From an uncultured bacterium (GTDB lineage Bacteria > Patescibacteriota > Saccharimonadia > UBA4664): a stretch of 64,000 nt of DNA. Shown here piece by piece: positions 33,514 through 41,182 of the stretch; position 1 is the stretch's first letter; every line of letters begins with the position of its first letter. Below the pieces are notes generated by a model. It searched no databases. It had not been told where the DNA came from and saw only the letters and a list, made by a program, of their open reading frames with translations. The stretch is from positions 465,026-529,025 of the forward strand of contig CAVUEQ010000001.1 of the NCBI GenBank assembly GCA_963740635.1. The letters run 5' to 3'. Both the position numbers and the translations under genes were made by a program.

Positions 33514-34047
33514 TCATGGCTTCACAGCCGTTAGCTCTTCTTCGTAGCGCTTCACCTGGAATTTGGAGATGCTCACCGGCTCGTCCGGGCGGATTCCGCC
33601 CTTTTCGCGGCAGATGGCTATTTGTTCCGCCGCGCTGGTGACGTCCGGGAGCGCGGGCAGCAACACGCCTTGGCGGCCATCGCCGGCCGACACGACCACG
33701 CCGAACACGGCGGGATCGAGCTGGGATTGATCCGGCTCGGGCACGGATGATGTGAGCACGTCGACGCTGATTTTCAGCCCATCCAGCTCGGCCAAACTTA
33801 CCGGCGCAAACCGGGGATCGTGGGCGGCGGCACTGACGGCGTTGGCGATAACCTCGGCCGCCACGTTGGCCTCAGCCGCCTGGGTGGTGCCGATGCAGCC
33901 GCGCAAACTGCCGTCCGCCTCGTGCAGCGACACGAACGCGCCGGCCCGGCGGCCGAGCTCCGCGGGTAAACCGTAGGGTACCGGCAGTACCTTGCCCGAC
34001 CGCAGGTAGTACTCGAGCGAAAGCCGGGCCAAAGCGGTGATGATCAT
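33514..34047 (-). CDS. AMMECR1-domain protein
   Basis: GAFVSLHEADGSLRGCIGT signature. Confidence 0.85.
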   Translation of the reverse strand: MIITALARLSLEYYLRSGKVLPVPYGLPAELGRRAGAFVSLHEADGSLRGCIGTTQAAEANVAAEVIANAVSAAAHDPRFAPVSLAELDGLKISVDVLTSSVPEPDQSQLDPAVFGVVVSAGDGRQGVLLPALPDVTSAAEQIAICREKGGIRPDEPVSISKFQVKRYEEELTAVKP

Positions 34048-34673
34048 GCCCCGTCTCCGGCTGTGGGTTCGTAGGTGGCCACCAGGTAGCCGACGCCGAA
34101 CGGGCCTTCATACGACAAGACGCTGGGGGTAAAATTGCGCCCGAGCACAGCGCCCAGCAGGAATAAAACCGACCTCAGCCCGCATTCCGCCCCCTGCTCG
34201 AGAGTCGCCGGGTCGAGGTGCAACAGCGTTTGGTCGTCGCCGGCGCGCACGGCCCGCACGATGGCCTCGTCGAGTACCGGCCCGGCCGGGTCGAAGCCGT
34301 AGGGCCCGTCGGGTTTGAGCACATGCGACAAATCGCCCGAGGCCAGGATGGCGTAGCGCCTGCGCTCACCGGCGATGCGGTCGCCCATCTGTTGGCCGAG
34401 CTCATAGTAGTGCTCGTACGACGGCTCGGTGACGAGAATTTGCTCCACGCCGGTGCCGGGCGGGAGGTGTTTGCGCAGGTAATACAGCGGCACGTCAAAC
34501 CCGTGGCCCTCGTGCGGGGCAATAATAATGAGCCCATCGGGCCGGGCCTGTGCCAGCAATTGCGCTGCCCTGGCGAGGGCGTCGACGGTATGTTGGACCT
34601 TAGCGATGTCCTCGCGCCCGACCTCGGGCAGAATGATCGGCGGATGGGGCGAAATTAGACCATAAACCAGCAT
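34044..34673 (-). CDS. LigB/Memo-like class III extradiol dioxygenase-fold protein
   Basis: LISPHPPIILPEVG..IIIAPHEGHG..ASGDLSH pattern. Overlaps the AMMECR1 gene (ATGA), a recurrent pairing. Confidence 0.6.
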   Translation of the reverse strand: MLVYGLISPHPPIILPEVGREDIAKVQHTVDALARAAQLLAQARPDGLIIIAPHEGHGFDVPLYYLRKHLPPGTGVEQILVTEPSYEHYYELGQQMGDRIAGERRRYAILASGDLSHVLKPDGPYGFDPAGPVLDEAIVRAVRAGDDQTLLHLDPATLEQGAECGLRSVLFLLGAVLGRNFTPSVLSYEGPFGVGYLVATYEPTAGDGA

Positions 34674-34767
34674 CTGTACCTGTAATGGTTAAGCTAGGCT
34701 AATTGTACCAGTATTGCAAAATGCAGTGATTTGTTGTAAAGTGGCGCAAATTAAGCTGAGGACTTGA

Positions 34768-35331
34768 GTGTACTGTACTTTTTGCGGCGCGCGGGCCGTG
34801 GCCAGCGACCGTTTCTGCAATAGCTGCGGCCGGCCCATCCGGCGCTCCACCATGCGCTACGACCTCGCGCCGCGGACTTCGGCTCAGGCGCCGCGCGCCA
34901 TCCGCCCGGCCTCCCAAACCTTGAGGTTCTTGAATTTCCTGTTGGACTACGCCTTTTTCCTGGTGTTTTTGCTGGTGGTGGTATACATCGTGGCGGGACT
35001 TTTGTCGGTGGCGGGCAGCTACGACGTGGATTCGTGGAACCGGTTCTTCGGCGGGCTGGGCGGGTACTTATTTGTGGCGATATTTTATGTTGTATATTAT
35101 TGGCTTCAGGAAGGGATTTTTGGGCGCACATTGGGCAAACTCGTGACCGGCACCATGGTGGTCAAGGGCGACGGCTCCAAGGCGAGCTCGGCGGAGGCGC
35201 TCAAGCGCAGCCTGGCCCGGGCGGTCCCGTTCGAGGCCTTTAGCTTCTTTGGGTCCAAAACCCCGCGCGGCTGGCACGACGCCTGGACCCAAACACTGGT
35301 AGTGCGCGGCCGGCGGCAAGCTCAGCACTAA
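34768..35331 (+). CDS. RDD-family membrane protein with N-terminal zinc ribbon
   Basis: MYCTFCGARAVASDRFCNSCG, then the RDD-type TM domain (..GIFGRTLGKLVTGTMVVKGDG..). Confidence 0.7.
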   Translation: MYCTFCGARAVASDRFCNSCGRPIRRSTMRYDLAPRTSAQAPRAIRPASQTLRFLNFLLDYAFFLVFLLVVVYIVAGLLSVAGSYDVDSWNRFFGGLGGYLFVAIFYVVYYWLQEGIFGRTLGKLVTGTMVVKGDGSKASSAEALKRSLARAVPFEAFSFFGSKTPRGWHDAWTQTLVVRGRRQAQH

Positions 35332-36170
35332 GCGCAGGACTTGAGGGCTTCGGGGATGGCCTCGATGACGTCTGAGGCAATGACGCCGGGCTCGGTTTTG
35401 GCCGCGGTGGCCAGGTCGCCGGCCAGGCCGTGGAGGTAGGTGCCGGCCTCGGCGGCCGCACCCGGCTCCACGTGCTGGCCGATGAGGGCCGCGATGATGC
35501 CGGTGAGCACGTCGCCGGTGCCGGCGGTGGCGAGGCCGGGCCCGCCGGTGGTGTTGCGGTAGACGGCGCCGCCGGGGTGCGCAACCAACGTGGCCGGCCC
35601 TTTGAGCACGAGTGTGAGGCGGTATTCTTGGGCGAACTCGGTGGCCAGCGCCTCGGCGGCGGCGCGGCCGGCCGGCAGGCGGCCGGACATGAGGTGGGCA
35701 AACTCACCGGCGTGCGGGGTGAGCACGAGTTTGCGCCCGGTGGCGGCGCTGAGTGTCGCGGGGTCGAGGGCGGCGAGCGCTCCCCCGTCCACCACGGTGG
35801 GCAGGTCGAGATGGGCAATTATTTGCCTTACCAGCGGGGCGAGCTCCTGCCCCAGGCCAGGCCCGAGCGCCAGCACCAATACGCGCCGGTCTGTGATGAA
35901 TTTGGTGACGGCCCCGAGCTGACCGGCGGCGGCCTCCGGCAAGGCAAAGGTCATGGCCTCCAGAGTTCCGGCGTCGAGACTGCGGCAAATCTCCGGTGTG
36001 GCGGCCACCGTCACCAACCCGGCGCCGGAGCGCAGAGCGGCCCGGGCCGCCAGCCGCGGCGCGCCCACCATGCCCGGTGCGCCGCCCAGAACCAGGACGT
36101 GGCCGAAGTCGTATTTGTGGCCGGCCGGATCACGATGCAGGAGCTGGGCGATGGTTTGGCGCGGTGTCAT
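35328..36170 (-). CDS. nnrD: ADP-dependent NAD(P)H-hydrate dehydratase
   Basis: HKYDFGHVLVLGG..GAPRLAARAALRSGAGLVT..TPHAGEF..GLATAGTGDVLTGIIAALI. Confidence 0.85.
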   Translation of the reverse strand: MTPRQTIAQLLHRDPAGHKYDFGHVLVLGGAPGMVGAPRLAARAALRSGAGLVTVAATPEICRSLDAGTLEAMTFALPEAAAGQLGAVTKFITDRRVLVLALGPGLGQELAPLVRQIIAHLDLPTVVDGGALAALDPATLSAATGRKLVLTPHAGEFAHLMSGRLPAGRAAAEALATEFAQEYRLTLVLKGPATLVAHPGGAVYRNTTGGPGLATAGTGDVLTGIIAALIGQHVEPGAAAEAGTYLHGLAGDLATAAKTEPGVIASDVIEAIPEALKSCA

Positions 36171-36179
36171 GTATGAATG

Positions 36180-37157
36180 TTAGCAGCCGGGGACAGCGGG
36201 GTCGACAAAGGGAGTGCCGGTGAGTGAGCCCGACGTTTGCCCGTTATTGTAGAACGCGTCAGCCGATACATAGTAAGCGCCGTTCCAAGGGCTTGAGGCA
36301 ATGCGGTACCACCAGGTGTTGCCGTCGGCCACGCGAAAACCGGTGAGGCGGCAGACAATTTGGACCGTTTGACCACCAGCGATTGTGGGGCCGGCCGAGC
36401 CGCCGGCGCTGACGTAATTGGTCCAGGTATGGGCGACGCCGCCGGCCGTTTCGGCATAGGTGCGCGGGGCCGGCAGCGGGGTGGGCAGCGGGGTGGGCGC
36501 GGGAGCGGGGGTGGGTGTCGGGGCCGGGGTGGCGACAGGCAGGTGCGCCTGGGCCGGGGTCTGCAGCGCCGGCAGCGGGGACAACAGCGGGATCGGAGTC
36601 ACAGCCGGCGCGGTGTTGGCGAGGTGGCTCGGGTCGGCTACCGGCTTGGGGGCGGGGGTGGCAGGCTTGGGCGCAGGCTTGGGCGCAGGGCCCTTGATGT
36701 TCTCCTCCACGGCCGCCTTCTCCGCGCCATAGCTCAGCAGCGCAATATGTACGTAGCCGTCAGTGGCGAAGGTGCGGTTGACGTAGATTGTGTAGACGTT
36801 AAAACTCTGCCAGCACCCGCGGTTAACGGCGGAATAATAGGTGCCTACACTGCGCCCATTGTCATCGAAGAATTCGGCTTTGAGACTGGTGTTGCATAGA
36901 TAAGTGAGGACGCCGAAACCGTCAAAACCGCCGCCCACCGTGCTCACAAAGCGGCCGCTGCCGTAGACCTGGCCGCACCAGCGCGCGAGATTGATGCCGG
37001 TTTTTGGCACCTTGAGCAACCCGTAGCCGGTGCAACTGAAGGCGTTGGCCTGGGCGGTACCGGAAAACGCGGCTACCGAGCCGAGCCCGACGCTAAGCGC
37101 GAGCACACCCGCCGCGGCGAGGCGCGCGTATTTTTTGATAAATGCCGGGACGGACAT
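36180..37157 (-). CDS. secreted protein: Cys-containing N-domain, Pro-rich linker, SH3-like C-domain
   Basis: Signal peptide MSVPAFIKKYARLAAAGVLALSVGLGSVAAFSGTAQA. PAPKP repeats. C-terminal ..VQIVCRLTGFRVADGNTWWYRIASSPWNGAYYVSADAFYN. Confidence 0.6.
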   Translation of the reverse strand: MSVPAFIKKYARLAAAGVLALSVGLGSVAAFSGTAQANAFSCTGYGLLKVPKTGINLARWCGQVYGSGRFVSTVGGGFDGFGVLTYLCNTSLKAEFFDDNGRSVGTYYSAVNRGCWQSFNVYTIYVNRTFATDGYVHIALLSYGAEKAAVEENIKGPAPKPAPKPATPAPKPVADPSHLANTAPAVTPIPLLSPLPALQTPAQAHLPVATPAPTPTPAPAPTPLPTPLPAPRTYAETAGGVAHTWTNYVSAGGSAGPTIAGGQTVQIVCRLTGFRVADGNTWWYRIASSPWNGAYYVSADAFYNNGQTSGSLTGTPFVDPAVPGC

Positions 37158-37270
37158 GTTTTGGCTCCTCACACTGAAAAAGTCTCCCGATATTAACATG
37201 ATTCGGGTGATTAGTCAATTTGGAGAATGGCCCTGGAGATGATCGCCGGGTGCATTGTAAAATAACGGGC

Positions 37271-37648
37271 ATGAATGAAGTAGCGTTTTTCGAGATTCAG
37301 GCCGACGATCCAGAGCGGGCGATGGGCTTTTACGGGGACCTCTTTGGGTGGAAGTTTGCTAAGCAAACGGGACCGCCGAACGGGTACTGGCAGATTGAGG
37401 GCGCGGGAATCCGCGGCGGGCTGCTCCCCCGCCCAGCTTCAGCGCCGGCGCCGCACAGCGGCACCAATGCGTTTACTTGCTCGGTAATGGTGGCGGATTT
37501 TGATGCCACGGCCGCGCGAATCACCGAGCTGGGCGGCGAGGTGGCGTTGCCAAAGTTCGCCGTGCCGGGGAAATGTTGGCAAGGCTACTTCGTGGACACC
37601 GAACTCAACACTTTCGGTATTTTTGAGGTTGACGAAGCCGCAAAATGA
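37271..37648 (+). CDS. VOC (glyoxalase/bleomycin-resistance fold) family protein
   Basis: FFEIQADDPERAMGFYGDLFGWKF..GYFVDTELNTFGIFE. Start trimmed to ATG 37271. Confidence 0.75.
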   Translation: MNEVAFFEIQADDPERAMGFYGDLFGWKFAKQTGPPNGYWQIEGAGIRGGLLPRPASAPAPHSGTNAFTCSVMVADFDATAARITELGGEVALPKFAVPGKCWQGYFVDTELNTFGIFEVDEAAK

Positions 37649-37743
37649 AGAGCCCCCGGCCCCCTTTGTGATCTGTATCACATCTATTATCCTTGCCCTT
37701 TAGTATAATGCTTGTGGCTGATACCCGCACCTTACAAGAAGGG

Positions 37744-38114
37744 ATGATTCCCATGCCAGGTAGTGCAGTCACGCTCAATGTTTCCTACCAGGAGACAGTC
37801 CAAGTTCTGGACGCGCAGGTGATCTATTACGACCGGCGCCGAGAACACCGCCCGGTGCCCGCCCGCAACCACCGGCTGTCATTGCCACGGTTGACCGCCA
37901 CACGGCATATTGCCGGCCCGTACCAATGCCGGTGCCCGACGGTTTCACCGCCTGGCTCGGAGAACTGCCCGGCTGGGCAGCGGTGATGTTCGTCAGCTGC
38001 GACCACACCGTGAACGCCGTCTCGCAAGGCCGCAAGCTGAGCGCCAAGGATCGCGCCAACAGAGGCAGAGCGCAGGAGGTAGTCGAAGAATTGGTGGCCC
38101 AGCTGGGCCGCTGA
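37744..38114 (+). pseudogene. possible frame-disrupted small gene (unknown function)
   Basis: ATG 37744 with AAGAAGGG Shine-Dalgarno opens one frame. The terminal 62 codons (37926..38114, MPVPDGFTAWLGELPGWAAV..) are in another frame that is open back to 37764. A terminator follows. Only the last 62 codons form a standalone ATG ORF. Confidence 0.3.
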
Positions 38115-38121
38115 CCAACCG

Positions 38122-38165
38122 GGGAGTGGATTCGTGCAAGCGGATCCGCTCCCTATCTCATTTTT
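38122..38165 (+). terminator. rho-independent terminator
   Basis: GGGAGTGGAT-N12-ATCCGCTCCC followed by a T-rich tract (CATTTTTAT). Confidence 0.6.
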
Positions 38166-38310
38166 ATCGATAGCACTACATCAACATGGGTTTAGGAGCC
38201 GGGAGTTGGTCGTGGCGGCCCGGACCATCTTTCGTCACTATGCCCATGTATTTGAACCGGCCGGAGCCGGTATTGTAGGTTAAGTTAATTGCTACACGAA
38301 GGAGAGTGAA

Positions 38311-38715
38311 ATGGACAAGGTCACACATTTTGAAATTCCGTCCGACGACAAAAACAAGAGTTCGAATTTTTATGAGGCGGTGTTTGGCTGGAAGATCGCC
38401 GAGGTGCCGGTGAAGATGGGCGGCGGCACGGGCAGTTACACGACCGCCACCACCACCAAGACCGACCCGCAAACGATGGCGCCGACTGAGCCCGGCAGCA
38501 TTAACGGGGCGATTGTCGCACGCAGCGACAAGATTAAGGCGCCGGTGGTCACCGTAACGGTGGACTCCATCGAGGAGCACCTGGATAAGGTGGTGGAGAC
38601 CGGCGGCAAGGTGATCGAGGGCAAGAAAGAAATGGAGGACATGGGTTCGTACGCCTACGTCCAGGACCCGGCCGGCAACGTGATCGGGTTGTGGCAGGAG
38701 GTGGCTAAGGCTTAG
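38311..38715 (+). CDS. VOC family protein
   Basis: THFEIPSDDKNKSSNFYEAVFGWKI..YAYVQDPAGNVIGLWQ. GAAGGAG Shine-Dalgarno. Confidence 0.8.
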   Translation: MDKVTHFEIPSDDKNKSSNFYEAVFGWKIAEVPVKMGGGTGSYTTATTTKTDPQTMAPTEPGSINGAIVARSDKIKAPVVTVTVDSIEEHLDKVVETGGKVIEGKKEMEDMGSYAYVQDPAGNVIGLWQEVAKA

Positions 38716-38774
38716 TTTCTGCTACTTATCGACCGGGTGGGATACGTTAGCCAGTACTGGGTTATGCTAAGTGC

Positions 38775-39740
38775 ATGAAAGCCGTAGTCGTCGACAAATA
38801 CGGATCGCCCGAGGTGCAGCGGCTGGCTGAGGTGCCGGAGCCTAAGTCGGCCGCGGGCGAGGTGCTGGTGCGGGTGCATGCCACCACGGTCAACCGCACG
38901 GATACTGGTTTTCGCTCGGCCAAGTACTTTATTTCGCGTGGTTTTAGCGGGCTGCTGCGGCCCAAGCAACACACGTGGGGTAGCGAATTTGCCGGAGAGG
39001 TAGTGCAGCTCGGCGCGGGCGTGAGCGAACTGCGGGTTGGCGATAAGGTGTTTGGCTTTCAACCCATGGGCTTTGGGGGGCATGCCGAGTATGTGGTGGC
39101 TCGGGCGGCCGGGCCCATCACGACTACACCTGAGGGCTGGAGCTACGAGCAGGCGGCGCCGCTGGCAGAGGGCGCTGGTTACGCGCTGAACGACCTGCGC
39201 GGGGCCGGCGTGCGGAGGGGCCAAGAGGTGATGATTTACGGTGCCACCGGTGCCATCGGTTCGGCGGCGGCGCAGATCGCCAAGCACATGGGCGCGCGGG
39301 TGACCGCCGTGTGCGGCACGAAGCATGTTGCGTTGGTGAAAACGCTGGGAGCGGACTCTGTCATCGACTACCAGACCGAGGACTTTACCAAGACTGCTCA
39401 GCTCTTCGACCTCGTATTCGACGCGGTAGGCAAAAGCAGCTACGGGGCATGCAAGAGACTACTGAAACCTAAGGGTAAGTATTGCTCAACCGATCTTGGT
39501 CCCGGTGCGCAGAACCCGCTCCTGGCGCTGTGGTTTTGGGCTACGGGAAGCCGCAAAGTGATCATGCCGATCCCGCGGGCGAGCAAGGAAACGGTTGAGT
39601 ATTTAAGAAGCCTGGCCGAGACCGGCGCCTACAAGCCGCTGGTCGACCGGACGTACGGCGGCCTCGAGGACATCGTGGAGGCGAGCCGTTACGTGGAGTC
39701 GGAGCAGAAGGTCGGCAACGTGGTGATCCGGGTTACCTGA
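38775..39740 (+). CDS. medium-chain (zinc-type) NAD(P)-dependent oxidoreductase
   Basis: MKAVVVDKYGSPEV..VLVRVHATTVNRTD..GATGAIGSAAAQIAKHMGARV (Rossmann GxGxxG). Confidence 0.85.
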   Translation: MKAVVVDKYGSPEVQRLAEVPEPKSAAGEVLVRVHATTVNRTDTGFRSAKYFISRGFSGLLRPKQHTWGSEFAGEVVQLGAGVSELRVGDKVFGFQPMGFGGHAEYVVARAAGPITTTPEGWSYEQAAPLAEGAGYALNDLRGAGVRRGQEVMIYGATGAIGSAAAQIAKHMGARVTAVCGTKHVALVKTLGADSVIDYQTEDFTKTAQLFDLVFDAVGKSSYGACKRLLKPKGKYCSTDLGPGAQNPLLALWFWATGSRKVIMPIPRASKETVEYLRSLAETGAYKPLVDRTYGGLEDIVEASRYVESEQKVGNVVIRVT

Positions 39741-39745
39741 CGCCC

Positions 39746-40114
39746 TTAGTCGCCTTCGGCGTCGGCCTGGGCTTTGGTCTTGTGGATGAGGCCGTCGGGG
39801 TGATGCGGCGGCGCGTAGACCGTGATGATTTTGAGCGGCTTATCGGGGGCGGCCACGAAGTTGTGCTTGGTACCGGCCGGCACCAGCACCGCGTCGCCGG
39901 GCTCAAACGGCTGCTCGGCGCCGTCGAGCACCACTTTGCCTGCGCCCTGCACCAGGTACAGCAGCTGGTCGTTGTCAGGGTGCGTCTCCTCGCCCACTTC
40001 GGCGCCGGGCTCGATGCTCATCACTACCACTTGCAAGTGCGGGCCGGTGGCGAGCACGTGCCGGTAGTTCTCATTATCAATGGCTGTTTGTTTGATACCC
40101 GGAATTCGTCCCAT
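39746..40114 (-). CDS. cupin-domain protein
   Basis: G(X)5HXH-like ..EVGEETHPDNDQLLYLVQG.. and ..GDAVLVPAGTKHNF.. cupin motifs 1 and 2. TAGGAG Shine-Dalgarno. Confidence 0.8.
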   Translation of the reverse strand: MGRIPGIKQTAIDNENYRHVLATGPHLQVVVMSIEPGAEVGEETHPDNDQLLYLVQGAGKVVLDGAEQPFEPGDAVLVPAGTKHNFVAAPDKPLKIITVYAPPHHPDGLIHKTKAQADAEGD

Positions 40115-40198
40115 GTTGCAGCTCCTACTATTGTGGTTATTATTATCCCACCCGCGAGCCGGAAGCTGTGTGCATTGTCACACTGCTCTGGCAAGCAT

Positions 40199-40357
40199 AA
40201 AAAACGAGCCGGAGAGAGGCTTGCAAATCTCTCCCAGGCTCTCCTGGCGCAGGATTATGTAAGTACGGACCCCGCGAACGTTACCTTACCCAGCCATTCG
40301 GAAGGCTATTCGGTCATCCAGTGGAACGAATATAATGCTCGTGTTTGGCTTTGTCAA
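40199..40357 (-). promoter_or_regulatory. promoter + structured leader + intrinsic terminator upstream of the cupin gene (attenuator, riboswitch-like element or sRNA)
   Basis: Minus strand: TTGACA (40357-40352), N17, TATATT (40334-40329). About 124-nt RNA with overlapping alternative hairpins. Ends in GAGCCTGGGAGAG-N10-CTCTCTCCGGCTC + GTTTTTT (40241-40199), 85 nt before the cupin ATG. Confidence 0.55.
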
Positions 40358-40406
40358 CACTTTATGCAGTTCGGCTTTTTATTCGGTCACACGGCTCCTA
40401 CTAGGT

Positions 40407-40967
40407 TTATATCCGCTCCAACTCCCCCACCAGCACCCCCAGCCGCACCGCCAGCGGGTGGCCTGGCAGCAGCTCGGCCATCGTGTCGCGCACGCTGCGG
40501 TACCACCATTTCTGCTCCTCCAGCCCCGCATTAAACCGGTCCCACGAGCGCGGGCCCAGGGCGGCGTGGTCGGCCAGCATGTCGGTGAGGTTGTTGATTT
40601 TATCGGCGCACATGAGCAACACCGCGCGCGGGTCGCCCGAGGCGCGCACCCTCGCCAGGTAATCCTCATTGCGCGCCCGCCAGTCGGCAATCCGCGAGTC
40701 CTTGGTGACCGCCAGCACGATCCCCGTAATGTCTGGGCCATACTCCCGGCGCATGCGGGCCTCGGGGTACACCTCGCTGCGGTCCTCCAGCACGTCGTGC
40801 AGCAGCGCCGCGGCCAGCAGCTGTGGGTTGGGGTCATACTCCATAAGCAGCAACATCACTCCTACGGGATGAATGATGTACGGGATCTGCGTGCCTTTGC
40901 GGACCTGGCCCGCGTGGGCCTCCGCGCTCGTCTGGAGCGCCCGGCGGATGAGTGGTGAGTAAATCAT
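40407..40967 (-). CDS. HD-domain phosphohydrolase (RelA/SpoT-type hydrolase-like)
   Basis: AEAHAGQVRKGTQIPYIIHPVGV..ALLHDVLEDR. HD_4-like, 186 aa. Confidence 0.8.
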   Translation of the reverse strand: MIYSPLIRRALQTSAEAHAGQVRKGTQIPYIIHPVGVMLLLMEYDPNPQLLAAALLHDVLEDRSEVYPEARMRREYGPDITGIVLAVTKDSRIADWRARNEDYLARVRASGDPRAVLLMCADKINNLTDMLADHAALGPRSWDRFNAGLEEQKWWYRSVRDTMAELLPGHPLAVRLGVLVGELERI

Positions 40968-41182
40968 ATGTTTTGGCCTTTCTATTTGGGCCGGGTAAAA
41001 AACGCGGCCGACTTCCTTAGAAGCAGCCGCAATGGACGCCTATTGGCCGCTGTCCTACAGGTTAATTGTAGCATAATCGACTTGTCGCTCTGGGCGCACG
41101 CGTGCTCCGGGTGCAACGCGGCCATAGCGTCGTTCCAGCCCATCTCGAAGGTCTTTTTCCGCACAATCACGAGCGAGTAACG

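Noticed and set aside
40199-40322. Calling the cupin leader a ykkC/guanidine-type or glycine riboswitch because of GGUCCG and CCUGGGAGAG strings.
   Set aside because: Only short word matches. The overall consensus architecture of those classes is not recognisable, so no class is assigned.
40335-40958. 207-aa plus-strand ORF with a TATAAT-like box at 40331-40336.
   Set aside because: It is antisense to the well-supported HD-domain gene and its translation is low complexity. The TATAAT string is the reverse-strand neighbourhood of the minus-strand -10 element.
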